From NCBI RefSeq assembly GCF_964204645.1, contig NC_134027.1, positions 4,992,485 to 5,056,484 on the forward strand: a DNA stretch of 64,000 nucleotides. Reading direction: 5' to 3'. The position numbers were made by a program, and so were the translations under genes. This document shows, piece after piece, positions 1 through 13,960 of this stretch. The stretch is from Tubulanus polymorphus. Taxonomy: Eukaryota; Animalia; Nemertea. The notes below the pieces were generated by a model. That model ran no database searches. It was given only the letters and a program-made list of their open reading frames with translations, and was not told the origin of the DNA. Position 1 is the stretch's first letter. The number at the start of each line of letters is the position of its first letter.

Positions 1-2289
1 ATAATTTGCGATAATACTTAAGACGCTACATTAACAAAGGCGGGAGAAAGATCTAGGCCTGGTCATTCGACTTCAAATGAGCATGAAAAAGGACTTCTAG
101 ATGTTTGGGGTGGTCAATACTTGCATTTGTCATTTTCTCAAATATTGAATACTGACATTCTGGTATTAGTATGATTTGAATGCATTTTGATAACATTCCG
201 TCGTTTCGAGATTTCGTTGACTAACACGAAGCGTTCATTGAAGCACTAGCGAAATCATATCCGGGGAAGAACCTGAGGCTGCGAACGGTTTCTTTCGGGT
301 TTTATTGCGATATCCCCGAAGACGACTGTCGAAGAAACCCGCGTCTCATTAGCAAGTATTCCGCGGGCTCTATATATCTAGATACAAAACAGCTAATAAC
401 CATCTCCATAGCTTACAGGGATAGCATTAGAATCTTCGGTTACTAGCAATGGTAATTACAGGGTACTCGGGCGTACGAACGGACAACGTACCTAAGGGTA
501 AAATTCTGCTAAAACCAAGCTGCAAAATTAGTACCGTGGATACCGAAAAGTCTAAGGGCTAAACTCACCCATTTCTTACTGAAATGATTGGAAAAACTGT
601 TTGCCTTCATTTGTGTATACGTGTTTTATGATACGAAATGTCTTCATATTCATAAGCCTAGATCGAGACCGGTACAGAATCGCGTCAATCCATGAACTAA
701 ATTCAGATTACATACAATCCTCTTCAGACGACGTAATGTAACTTATCTCGGTATTTTCTGGGTTATTTTAATCAGGATTAGTAATCTAGCGTGCAAAAAA
801 CACAGGCTTACGTAAAAGTCAAGTAGAACTGCGGTTGGTAAAGTTCCCTGGGGGAGATGAAAACACCGTGTATTTTCCCAGTGTCTTCCAGTCTGTAGCG
901 TTGTAGCAGTCGCCCCCGGTAAGTTATTTTCCCGCCCCGAAGCTATTCGACTTCGTTTATAAAACAACAGCTCGTATGTCAGTCTAACAGGATCTACCAC
1001 TTTTTTTATACCGTCAAATTCGATAAAACTTAGACGGATGACTCCATCTTGCTGTGAAAATTGGTTACTTAGACAGGTTTTACTTGTAATCGTAATTACT
1101 ATATGATATTTATCATCACGATTCATAGCAGCATAGAAAATATGAGATTTCTTCGTAATGGACCTGAAACGAACCTAAGCATAACTTTCAAACTATACTT
1201 CAGCATTAAAAATCATCGATTGGATTGCTGTGGCTGAATTATATAACATATTCATGTAAACGCGATACTCCTGAAGGTTGTGATGGAACTACACTGATAT
1301 TTATTGATGTCTATCTTCTTCACCTGTTCCAATATAAATCATCTTGGAATTGGAGACAAGCTTAAGGCCTCCCTTTAGGCTGTCGCTTTGACACAATGCC
1401 ACGTGGACCTTGCGTACAGCAATCCTATCAAACCACGCTGAAAATATATCAATATTAAATTAAGTGCCCTGAGCTCTATTCAGTTCATGTGTCATATGAA
1501 CTTGTCTCATTTATAGAAATTGTTATATACACATTGTTTCAATTTGTTACGATACGTTGAGGTTGAATATCCCCTGCTGGGGATATACCTGCTGGGTGTT
1601 ATGTTGAAGTACCTCAAATTATTGGATGACCATGGTAAATGTGCATCACATGCACCTGAAAAAAGTTTCGCTTTTTCAAACACCATCTTGAATAAAGGCT
1701 TTTTTCATTTGCTATATTCGATGATGACATGAGCATTGAATGATACACTAAACATAAAATGCCAAAAAGCCTGGGGTTCAATGATCGATGCCCTGAGCAT
1801 AGGTATTTAGGGCGTTGTCTAGTATGTATATTATTGCTGTATGATTTATTCGTAAAAATCGTTTTAGGCAATTTTTGAGTAGGATGTCGATTTATGAAGT
1901 CACAACACAAACCCCCGCGATATTAAGACTTATCTTTAGCATAGGAGATATTCTATCAAGTGTATCTATAGGCTAATTGGTGGGGTCTTTACTGCGAAAG
2001 GTTAGACTGTCAGATTTCTTATTGGTCATCAAACCCAACTAACCTCCATTGATGATAAGCCAACGTTATTGACTCAATTGACATTCCTAAAAACAACATG
2101 ACATCAGATAGCCGGGATAAGCTCTGTCAAACACACCACTATAAGTTCATACATGCAATATTTGTAGAAGTAAGAGATTTTATTCAAAGAAAAGTTTTTG
2201 AAATGTATTATGTCACCGGGATATAACCAGTTTTACCGCATTCACGGCGCACATTATCTGCATAAACAGGCCTTTCTATCTGAAGCTAA

Positions 2290-5200
2290 GCCCCCGGCCT
2301 GAATTACTGACACAGCGCCCATTACATAGGGGATTGCCTTTGCCAAATGGTTTGATTAGATTTTCTCTCTCCGGTCGGGAAAGACTTGAGGGTATATCGC
2401 GCACATACGTATTAGTTTTAGAATTTACGTCCATGCTGCAAGCGTTTCCGAGATCGGCTTCAAAGCTGTGCCCGAATGCCCCCGAGCACCTCCGAATAGC
2501 AGGTCTGCGTGCCAGCTGCCTCATTGTAAATTCAACCCCTTTGGGCATGCGTGGATCGGTTGCGACTCCGGGGCAGGAATTACCCTAAATCGCATATTAT
2601 GTATGTTCAGAGACGTTAATAATTCTTGTATTAATTAGGAGACATTACCAACGTTGTTTGCTCAATTGTGTTTTTAAGAATACGGCCATAACAGTTGATC
2701 ATGAAGATTTTATCTGAAAGCTCCAAGAACGCCTTCAGGTCATACGGGGACGTGGCAGTCAGTCAGATTTTGAATTTCGCAATGTTGGATACTTTCCTTG
2801 GGAGAAGATCTGCTTAACAGAATAGAAAAGATCCTGGCGTCAGATTCAATGGGAATAGGGAACGAGAGTATTGTGAAATATGAACTGGAATTATTCAAAT
2901 TGTTTGTAACGCTGAACCTTCTTAAACGTGATGACAATTTGACACTATTTTAGACCTAAGCTTTGACCATAAGTGTTTAAGAGACGGGGCTATATGGTGA
3001 GAAAATCTGAACGTGTTTCCAACTTTTACTTCGCCGTTGTCGAAGAACTAATTAAATTCTCAGAAGGTTATTTGCCAGTTTCGTTGCTAAGTTTGTACCA
3101 TTAAGATTGTGTTTTTGCCGCAGGGTACATAAGACCCGTAACAAAAGTCGTACATACACGCAAGACGGAGCATTATATGTGTGTTCTTTTGGCGGGTTGT
3201 GGCCTCAGGCTGACGATTCTTTCAATACAGGAGATCGCCATTTCACCCCGATAGATCGTGAGGAGAAGGCGCAGTTGGCGAATCAGGGAAAGTGCTTGAT
3301 ATTCATCTCCGGAACCATCGATACACAACGAAAACCATTCCAGTTCAGACACTTTTGGGAAGTCCATTCATCAGGAAAGAGACATTTTGAAATAATTTTC
3401 TCGGCTAGTCAAAGGTGTTGTTCTGCAATCGATACAGCTTGCCGCCTCAGTAGATATAACAGCCGTATCATCACATCTCGCTTTCGGATACATCCACTGC
3501 TCTTTAATTGGATAAAGATCCATGGTTTTCCGCAACGAAATGGTCGACGTCAGAAGCAAAGTCGTCAAAGATATAGAGGTATGAAAGTTAGGAAGTCATG
3601 GATTTGCCTATAAAGATTATCGGAAGAAAGTAAAGGTTTCTGAGCGGCAACGTGGTACTCAGTTGCATGCAAATATAGTCATGAATTTTGAATAACTTTT
3701 TTTCAAGTATTTTTTGCTTCCGCACCTACTTCTATCACATTATGATGTATACAAATGTAACGGTATTTCCTTTTTCCAGCAAAAAAGTCGTAACGAATGT
3801 ATTGTTAACACATTTCTTTAGGGATCAAAAATTTAGTATACATGTATATCACATTGATGATACTTTGATTAATGAAGCAATTATGTTTTTGGATTCATGG
3901 GTTCCCCAAATCATGAAGTGATAGGAATAGATCACAGATATAAGCTTGCCATAGACTCGATTCTTGAGTGTTCATATAATATTTAGTTCTAGATCTCCAA
4001 TTCATTTATTGATGAAGGGATTTTAGGTGTACATTTGGAGATATAATGCACTATAAACTATAAAGATGAAGTAAATATTTTCGTGATAATATATTTGTGG
4101 TCAATATCCTACTGATATACTATAGATAGATAGACATTCGTTTCCGAATGTTGTCGGTTCTAAATATAAACTTGTGTTGACTTAGATATATCAAATATAG
4201 TTGCATCATGATTTCTAAAGATTCGTAATTAAATCGGCACAATCGAGAGTGGATAGGGTTGAAAGTGGCCACATTCGTCTTATTATTGATTTAATTATTC
4301 AAGAATTGTGGAATAAATTATTCAAAAGCTCTCGTTGAAACACGCCTTGATGAGCTGCCAGGGGCATATTGCGCTTCGGGCACTTTTGGGCAGTTTGTGC
4401 GCATCATTCAAATCATTGGTTATCATTCTGAATATTTTGGTGAAACACGAATAATTCCAGATAGTACAATCATAGAAAAAATGCAACTATTGAAATCTTC
4501 ATTTAAGGTTTTATTTACAACATGTTTCAATCGACTCATCTCAGGCTCCATGGAAATGAATTAATTCTATATAATGAATTTGATTTTTTTTTGTCTCTAC
4601 CGCGTTCCAAAGAATAGGTAGCATCGGTAGTGAATTGTGAAAACTGTCTTTCATAAGATAAACGTCAAATTAGAAAACTCAGCTATTATATTTTTCTTAT
4701 AGAGAATAAGTGATCAGACCGGTGGTCGTAAAGGTCTTTAAAATATACTAGGACACTGCAACTCCTCACAAACACGTAACAGAGTAGAATGCGAAATGTA
4801 TTAAAATTCTATATAACAGTTCTGTTTTATATCGAACAGTGTTGCTGAAAACAGGCCTCACGAAATCATGGCTGATCTTACCGTTACTTTATATTTGGGT
4901 CTTGAATAAATTGGATTAATGATCGGAAGGTTTTGTCCCAAGAAAAGTCTCGATTTATACAGGGCTATCACAAACAACTTGTCTTTGTCTGGTAGAAAGT
5001 CGTATTTTCTGAAACCTGGCATTCAAAAGAGCAAAAGTGGATGAAATTAGCTCCACTGAGACCCCGGGCAGCAAATTCTCATCTGCATAAAGGGGAGCGT
5101 TTTAACCTTGGGCCGACGGACTTCAAATGGCAGCGGCGTAGCCGTGGGGGCGTTTTTCCGTTTGAAATGACAGCGTGACAATAGCTCGTGATACGCACGC

Positions 5201-8200
5201 AGCTTTTGCCCAATATCAAAAGGCTTTCGACCAGGCCGCGGGTGACAGTACATGCGAGCATTGAAATTTCAATTTACAAAAATTAGGGTTGGGTGCCTGC
5301 GTTTCTGTTGGCAAAATATAACTCTTCAGGCGAGGGACGCGGCGTCTTTTGAAGGAACGTCAGTTGCCCTCCATGGATAGCTATTCACAAACTCATGGTG
5401 TGATGAACGGGAATGCCGGGGCCCGAGGCTGCAAGAATGAAAAATTCGCCTATGGGAAAATAATGACCAACTAGACGAAACAGGGTTGTTCACAGTCTAT
5501 AGCGGCATCTCGAAGAGGACACATCGAAGTAGTGTTCTCCTCACAGGATATTTCTACAACTTCGATAAGAAGAATATATATCGGACTTACATCGGAAAAA
5601 ATTGCTTAATGGCCACAGCGGTTGCTTCACACGTTGGAACGATGCGCCCCCTGGATTCAAGCTCGCACTGGCAGCGGCGAAGCCCGCTCAATAATAGCGA
5701 ATACTGCGAACGCGTTAACGATAAGACAGTTATGGATCACGTGACATCGTCTTCGAATGGGCTTCAAAATTCGGTAAACTATCTTCGGTTATTTTGTAAG
5801 CTTGAATTTAGGTCAGTTTATGCTTGTATAAGGGGTCGGACATTATTGGTGAATTAATTTTTATCTAAAGAATTGCAGACCTTTTTTCCGGAATTGGATC
5901 CATTCCAAGCTTGTTTTCGACTTTTTTAAAACGTCCGTCAATGTAGTTTTCCGTATTCAACTTGGCGAAAGTTTAGATAAGCATATAATAGATGCTACGC
6001 GATGATGCTAACGCTAACAGTGACACATATTTCGAATTCCACGAAGCTTACCCAATCGTTTTTTGTTTCGTAGTATTTGACGATATGATTTTTGGTTCAT
6101 TAATATTGATCTATTATACGACAAGTGTAGATGTGCAAAGATCTATATCTACGTGATAGTTAGATTAATTATTGCAACTGTTTTTTTTATTTATTGCAGG
6201 TAGTGATGTCGTCACCCACGCCGTCACCAGTTCCAACTAGTGCATCAGTAAACCACTATAGCCCATCTACAACATCTTCAACCCCATACGGGCATCATTC
6301 ACCAGTGCCATCTAGTGGCAATCACTATAGCGTAGCGGCGAAGATTTCCGGAGTTCCGTGTCCAGCAACCCCTACTCGTTACACCGCTCCCGTGCACATT
6401 GATGTAGGAGGTGTCATTTATACCTCATCGCTAGAAACGCTCACGAAGTAAGTATATTTCTTAACAAGCGAATTAAACTGACGAATCATGAATTTATAGA
6501 TGATCAACGCCTTGCTAAGGCCACTCAGTTGGAATTTACGTACGAGTTGAAAATATAATTGACATTTCGTTTTTCGATTTTTGGTTTCGCGTAGATTTTC
6601 CACAGTGAATCATGTAATTATACATAGTTGCTCGCTCCAGGCCAGTTGTAATATTAACACAAGAAGGGCCTGTTTAAATCTGCAATCAAACCGAGCCAGC
6701 CTGAATCAGAATAATTGCGCACGAATTCAGCCCCGGGCGGTAGCTTTATCGGCGAAATGTGCCCCGCGTTTATCAAATAGGAGCCGTCGCCATGGGCTGT
6801 TTATCGGATGGTTTATAACAGGAAGGTGCCTGGCAATGACCATCGAATTAACAAAGATTCTAACATGATCTGAATACCGGAGTAACCGATCCTTAAGGTG
6901 CACTATAAGCGAATAAAGGGCGGTCGTATCAAGTGTTCCTTCAGAAGCCTCTTTACGGAGAATTCAAGATGTCATATCGGTTGATTTTAAATATAATACC
7001 CTCTCGTCAAATGAAATATAGCACCTCACTTAACGGCATCAGAGATAACGTGTGTCAGTCTTACACAATCTCGCCAACATTTGGCAATATCATTTCTATT
7101 TGGCGACCTTTGGCGAGCAGAAAACACAACGGACAATTTCCTCATACGAGACATGACCGGAAAAACTTCATATACAGCCGAACTGGTATTTCGGTTAATG
7201 CAGCGTCACAGACGCGAATGTAACACGTGACCTTTTCATCCAATGACGATTCAGCTATTCAGTGACGTCAATTCCGCTCGGTCTGCGAATGGTGTCATCA
7301 GCCGCGATGATGTAGTCTGTAGTCTGCCTGGCGCTCTCAACGAGAAGGTTGACTGATCATGAATTATTTTGATCTATCGCGACGAACACGTGTTTTCCGG
7401 GGTTTTGGTTAACCATACTTGTATATGACACGAAACCGGTGGTTGATTCCCACATCGTCAATCTCTTTAATTAATTCTCCTATTACCCCGACACATAATT
7501 AATCAGAAAATTAAGCCCGCTCGTATCAAAGGGGAATTCACGAGCAATATGCCCGGAGGTGTGGGGTAGCTACATCCAGCGGGTGACACTCCCAAGACAT
7601 CAAACCGACCAATAAACTATGTAATCATCGTCGTTTTTGATTCCTCCTACGAAATGCGGTCATCATCCCTGCCGAATGCTGCCACTTTTTATGACCTAGA
7701 TTTTAGAGAAATAGGCTAAACGCGGAACGTTGACTTGACTATCGCTGTTTCTAATCTATCACTCGTACAGAAATCGGCTGGAAAAGTAAGCCGTAAAATA
7801 CAAAGTACCTACCGGACACCTATTAATCAACATAAAGTGGTTAACTGAATATCATTTGGTTATGACGTGTAATAAGGGGGTGCCATCAGCTCATGTTTGT
7901 AACTATACAAAGTGATTGCGCTGAGGGCTTCGTATAGATTGTGTATCGATTTCAACCACGAAATAATCACATTTGTCTCTCAGCTATATCCTAAAATAAG
8001 ATAGACTTGATATATCTGTGTAATCAACCCTGTCGCCGCCTGAGGGCGTGGCTGAAACTCTTGCGATAGCACCCTGATATCATAACACTAGGTGGCTTCA
8101 CAGAATTTTCCGATAAGCTATAGCGCCGTGACACCCATCGAATATTTTCGATAAGCTCTATTACAGAGGTTCCCTTCCTGGTGAATGACGTCAATGGGAA

Positions 8201-9127
8201 TTCCCACACACGTCACAATGGATTGACAATTTACAATGAATTATGGTCAAACACACATTCTGAGGAAGGGAGACAGAGAGAGAAGACAAGATCGGCCTCA
8301 CCTGAGACCGCATAACGCAAACCGACGGATTGAAGATTTGAAGGTTTTTGCAACTTTAATGCGATTTAATTATTTTTAATGATTTATCCGTTTATTTGAA
8401 ATTTAACCATTCGTCAATTTTATACCATAAACAATTGATAGGATCATACAAGCATAGGTCTGTTCACATTTCGTTTATTCCATATTATTTCATATAATAC
8501 CCCATCAATAGTATATTAAACCCCGAATACGAACGACAAGTCGACCTTCTCCCTTATGTAGGTATATGGGTATATATGGTATATAGTATATAGTATAGTA
8601 TAGCATATGGTATATAGGTATATTTCTCCTTCTTTTGGCCCTTAATGGGATGTTATGAATTATCTTCCAAATTAGCGAAATTGGAACAGTTCTTATACAT
8701 CACCAAGTGAATTGAAAAAAAAATACTCGGTACGTAGAAACCGAAAACATAAAATCATCAATTATGGAGACTACGCGGGCCATCCTTGCCATCACCCCGC
8801 GGGTGTTCGGTATCAAATAAACTAAACGGTTTGAAACATCGCACATCCATTGCGCACTTCATTCTGTAACTTTCTCCCCGCGGACTGGAATCGGGATTCC
8901 GTGCTGCGTTTGTCTACTTGGCATTCAGCCTCTCCCTCCCTCGTCTTTGAACACCCCTAGCCCAGCACCTTCCTATCGGCTATACATCTTCGATACACGC
9001 GGATCTTGAAATTAAATAATTTCTCCTCTGTGGGAGCGTAAAATTGTTCTGGGCTATAATTTTGCGAGCTTTGAAGATTTCGCCTCGTCTTCAGATCAGT
9101 TTACAGCTTTGATCTATTGCCGCGGGC
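2290..9127. promoter_or_regulatory. Dispersed cluster of AP-2 (TFAP2) consensus sites GCCN3GGC upstream of and within the KCTD1/15 gene
   Basis: Perfect GCCNNNGGC at 2290, 3202, 4357, 5421, 6730, 6789 and 9119; GCCN4GGC at 8038; several one-mismatch variants (e.g. 271, 5061, 9431). Confidence 0.5.
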
Positions 9128-10501
9128 CGTCATAAAATTTGTGCATAATTAAGCTAAAAGAGGCAGAACAAAGCGAATCTTGTACCAAACACGTCTTTCT
9201 TGGAACAAATACGGCATACCCGACGGCATTCACTGATCTTTTCTCCATACGGACATAAGAACTAGCCGCGACAAATTCGAGTTGCCTGTATCGCACGAAG
9301 AAGCACATATACGAGCCAAAATACGAAAAAGCGAAATTCAGGAGAGTGCACGGCCTCCATGGAACAAATTACACCTGACGGCAACTTGGTCGTTTTCTCC
9401 GAGTGTTCCATGAACATTCCACATCGTCGGACCCCAGGCGAAATCAATTTTACATCCAAAGCTGGTTATGTATAAATACCAAGGGATACATACTTGCGTT
9501 AGACGGAGTGGAAGACACGGGAACGCTGTTAAGATCGTAGTTTCAGGCGGTTTTCTATACCTTCTACTCATCGGCAGGCTGTAGTCATATTTTCAGCTCT
9601 AAACTCCGCACCAACCACGAACGTTATGTTAGGAAATGGAACGTCTATCTCGAAAATGTGTACGACTTGATTGAAAAACGCAAATTGGAAATCTCGCATG
9701 GAAATAGTTGCCATCCATACGATCTCCATCAATGGTGATGTTTGGAGTAGGCCTTGGGAAACTCGGGCCAATACACTAATGAATGAACGTATCCTAAAAA
9801 AAGCGTATTGATAATGTTAATAAATCATATTATTTTGTTTTCCCTCCAGGTTTCCTGAGTCGCGGTTAGGGCGGATGTTCAACGGAAGTATCCCTATAGT
9901 ATTGGACAGTTTAAAACAGCATTACTTCATCGACAGAGATGGCAAGATTTTCCGTTATATCTTGAACTACCTACGCTCAGCGAGGGTTGTCCTACCAGAA
10001 AACTTCGACGAATACGACTTGCTGTACCAAGAAGCGAAGTTTTACGATTTACACGGCCTCGTTAAAGAGATAGAGATGCAGCGCCAAAATCGCAAGCAGA
10101 CGAATCGTGAATGTACATCCGTCTGCAGTCCGACTTCCGGTAATAACGGCATCGTAAAAATCAAACAAGAAGATACAGACGATTACTGCGAGTGTGTCGT
10201 CGTACATATCAGTCCTGATCTCGGTGAAAGGGTCTGTCTCACGGCAGAAAGAGCATTAGTCGAAGAAATATTTCCAGAACTTACGTCTGCCCTGATGGAT
10301 TCGAGAAATTCCGGGTTTAACATGGACAATAGATACGTCATTAGATTTCCAGTGAACGGATTCTGTAAACTGAATTCCCTGCAGGTTCTCCAGAGGCTCA
10401 TGTCGAACAATTTTCAGATTTTAGCTTCGAACGGAGGCGGCGTCGAAGGCCAACAATTTAGCGAGTACCTTTTCGGAAAGAAGGTACAGGTACCTCGGTG
10501 A
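5609..10501 (+). CDS. KCTD15: BTB/POZ (T1-type) domain protein, KCTD1/KCTD15 / Drosophila Tiwaz-like
   Basis: Three phase-compatible exons 5609-5773, 6200-6447 and 9850-10501 with GT-AG junctions. Spliced protein contains [21 protein letters not shown]|[31 protein letters not shown] and C-terminal [18 protein letters not shown]...[12 protein letters not shown], typical of KCTD1/15. First exon is less certain than exons 2-3. Confidence 0.93.
8560..8622. repeat. Degenerate (TATAG/TATATGG)n microsatellite
   Basis: tatatggtatatagtatatagtatagtatagcatatggtatatagg in KCTD intron 2. Confidence 0.7.
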
Positions 10502-11737
10502 AAGTAATGTTATAATCAACAATGAAAAGAACTGCTGTAAAAATAATGTCCAGATAAAAAATAAATGACGATATAACTACAATATAATCGTATTATCACC
10601 GTTGTGGTTTTGAAGACGTACGTTTGTATAAATAAGTAGTATTATGAAGTGCGTTGCTGGGTGTCGTGGAAACTAACGAATGGACATCGCTTTAGTCAAG
10701 GGAAACGCACACCATCTTTAAATTGCCCTTGTAAATATAGACATACAATCAATTATGAATAGGTATTGTAAAAGAAAAAAAATTCTGTAACAACGTAGAA
10801 GTATGCATGTTTCAATTAGATTAATTCTGATCTTATGAAATTAATGTGCTTTAGTTTAATTCTGCTTATATCAATTTCCAGTGCTGATTTATCTTTCTTT
10901 TTTTTTACTTTACTTTTTCTAAAGCCATATAGAAAGCGCATTAAATATCTAACTGATTTTCAATTTTTCGGATTCTTTGGGTCTATCTGCTACAAAGGCT
11001 GCTCATGAGAATCAACTAATGTCATCATCGTCAACGACGAGTGTCGAGAAATCTCCATCCAGTGGATCGATCTTCTAGATAAAAAATGTGAAAAAATTTT
11101 GTATCACTTGTTCAAATTTATGTACCGGTACATTCAACGACGATAATTCACTTCCAGACGTTTATTCACGATTTATTTATCCGCTGGTTAAGTATTTAGA
11201 CTATTTTCTTTGATAAAATGAGTTAGTTGGTGATTCTTCTGCTGTTCAAAAATTGATCCCGACATTTTCTCGTCAGGAGTACATTTTGTGTTAATACATT
11301 CTCGATGTTTAATAATATATTAATTTTACTCTCTTCAAGAATTATTGTTCTTTTTTCGATATTGGATTCTTAAACGAATTTATTCTGAAAAAGTGTGATC
11401 TTCGCTTTTTCTGCGTCGTGAAACGGAATGGTCTCGTGCAGCAACCTTTATTTCATTGATTCACGTGTAACCAGACCTAACCACATCACACTAGCATCCC
11501 CGCGGGTTACCTTCATTGAATTCTTGAAGATTTGCGTCACAATCTTAAATCTAAACGCATTCCACGTTTGGCTGGTGGCCACCCAATCTACGAGACGCTC
11601 CGAGAGACCCCATCGACAGAGATGTCGACTGAAATATCAAACACCTCGGAGTAATCATTGAATTGATTCAATGATCTCAATGAATACTCTCATAGCAGAC
11701 ACCATCTTGCAAGGGTTTGGTCTTTTCAATGATTACT

Positions 11738-11806
11738 CCAAGGTTTGATTGCCTCCGCCGAAGCTCACGCCAACACGAACTTCGGCGAGAGGCAATCAAA
11801 CCCTGG
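11738..11806. repeat. Near-perfect ~69-nt hairpin (small palindromic MITE-like)
   Basis: ggtttgattgcctc-cgccgaag pairs with cttcggcg-a-gaggcaatcaaacc. Confidence 0.7.
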
Positions 11807-12152
11807 CAAGCGAGAACAGGCGCGGTTTCTGCAGGCACGTACTACCGTCGCGAGAATTTCGTGCCCGTTACCATTTTTAAGTCTAGTCGTTCGTCCCTAT
11901 CAATCTCAAAAGTAGAAATGGCACATTTCTACGAAGCAGATGATTTATAACAGAAAGACCAAATTCTGTCGCGTCCATCAATGCCGAAAAAAACCAAGAA
12001 AAGGCACTTTTAATCCTGAAAAGTAGAAAGAGACACATTTACAAGACGAGGCCGATAATTCTAAACAGAAGACACGCCATTCTTCAGGATTTATTACAGT
12101 GTATTATTGTCTGGAAACATCTCAATGCAGTAAATTTTCTAGAGAGTACTTT

Positions 12153-12953
12153 TATGGTGGCTGATAAGGGCCATAGCGTAAAATTCCTGGTATGTAAATG
12201 AGGGCGCCAGAACGCCAGAACGCCAAAACGAAAAAAACGTACAATTTTCTCTGAAAGTTCGTTTTGGCGCGCCAAAACAACGAATATTCCGTTTTGGCGC
12301 CCCCGCCAAAACGAACTTTCATTTTGGCGCCCCCGCCAAAACAAACTTTCGTTTTGGCGCCCCCGCCAAAACAACGAAAAACGTCGAAATTTCTCTAAAA
12401 GTTCGTTTTGGCGCGCCAAAACGGAGAATATTCCGTTTTGGCGCCCCCGCCAAAACAACGAAAAAAAGCGAAATTTCTCTGAAAGTTCGTTTTGGTGCGC
12501 CAAAACAAAGACAATTTCGTTTTGGCGCGGTTATTTCCGTTTTGGCGCCCCCGCCAAAACAAGCATTCAACCACAGTAAAATTATTTTTCAATTTGGCGC
12601 GTTGATCTTGTGTGTAATTTGCATAAATTTGCATATATGAAAATATTTTACGTATATATAGAATTATTTTACGTGGTTTAAAGTTCGTTTTGGCGGGGGT
12701 GCCAAAACGGAATATTCTCCGTTTTGGCGCGCCAAAACGAACTTTTAGAGAAAATTGGACGTTTTTCGTTGTTTTGGCGGGGGCGCCGAAACGAAAGTAC
12801 GTTTTGGCGGGGGCGCCAAAACGGAATTTTCTTTGTTTTGGCGCGCCAAAACGAACTTTCAGAGAAAATTGGACGTTTTTTTTCGTTTTGGCGTTCTGGC
12901 GCCCTCATTTACATACCAGGAATTTTACGCTATGGCCCTTATCATCCACCATA
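12153..12953. mobile_element. Non-autonomous foldback DNA transposon (801 bp) with long modular TIRs and 6-bp TSD
   Basis: Left end TATGGTGGCTGATAAGGGCCATAGCGTAAAATTCCTGGTATGTAAATGAGGGCGCC is the reverse complement of the right end (1 mismatch). TACTTT flanks both ends (12147-12152, 12954-12959). Arms are built from GTTTTGGCG/CGCCAAAAC subrepeats around an AT-rich spacer. No transposase ORF. Confidence 0.9.
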
Positions 12954-13960
12954 TACTTTGCATCAGGACATCATTTCTCTTTGGAAATTGCACCAAAAAG
13001 CTGTTAACTCTCAGATTTTCTGGATGAGGACCCCAGACCCCATCCCATTTGTAGGTTATGCCCTTCTTATAAGTTGTGCTACCCCAACAGTGGTTCCGTG
13101 GAGGAGGGTCCACAAGTATGTTCGACGCTTCGACAATTCTATCAAAAATCATTAACGTCCCTCAATCTTTGTATTCAATTAATGAATTAATTAAGCTGTT
13201 ATAAGGAATATGGATTTAAGCCCGTAGCAATCTGAAGCAGCTGTCGACTCCTGCCGTCATAGTAAAAAGTGCGTAGATAAAATCTTGAAATTCATCGTCG
13301 AAGAATCGAGCCGCCATCTACCGTCAATGATTGACAATATCAAATTTCACTTAAAGATAGATTTATTTCATAATAATTTATATTCGACATGGAAATTGAG
13401 ACGTTTATACAATGACCCGTGGTTATATGACCATACATTTAACTCAAGATGTACACAATAATTAAATAAAAATAGCGATGTAGCTTTGTTGTTATGCATG
13501 TAAATCATAATACCTGTACGTACCACATGCCCTGAGCAAGATTTCCAAATTTGTAGTACATGTACGTCAATTAAACTAGCAATCACTTTCACTAACAACG
13601 TATTGGTATAATTTCATTTAATGGCGCAGAATGCATAGCAATTCGTTCAATACGTTTAACGTTAATGCATTTAATACATATTCAGTACGAAATGGAATCA
13701 AGTGAAAAATATTCGTAATGCTCATAAAATGATAAACCTACTTATATTCAATCTAATTAGCCTAGATATCATTCATTGGATTATAGAAAATAAACATCTA
13801 ATGTTTTATCTCTCTAATTAATTTAACTGGATATCAACTACACTAACTGCACAAAGCAATATATTTATGGACAGCAACCTCAACACTGCACTCAAAATAA
13901 CCAATATACTCTCATATTGTTATCAATGGAACTCTGGAGATTTATCTCTCAAAAGTGCTC

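Noticed and set aside
743-3613. ORFs 743-1126 (-) and 3107-3613 (+)
   Set aside because: No recognisable domain or supporting splice structure; likely chance ORFs in KCTD upstream regulatory DNA.
11012-11075. Minus-strand exon-like segment KIDPLDGDFSTLVVDDDDIS* after an acceptor-like ttttttatctag
   Set aside because: No connected upstream coding exons or homology recognised.
12161-12171. CTGATAAGGGC matches the 3' end of miR-184
   Set aside because: No seed match and no local precursor hairpin; it is part of the transposon TIR.
12200-12900. CRISPR-like appearance of palindromic repeats with short spacers
   Set aside because: Eukaryotic context, spacers are themselves repeated, the array is bounded by TIRs and a TSD, and there are no cas genes.
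12084-13155. Many overlapping ORFs with FWRGRQN / GAPKR repeats (again at 16111-16967)
   Set aside because: They are translations of the stop-poor foldback subrepeats in all frames, mostly with non-ATG starts; no transposase or other domain.
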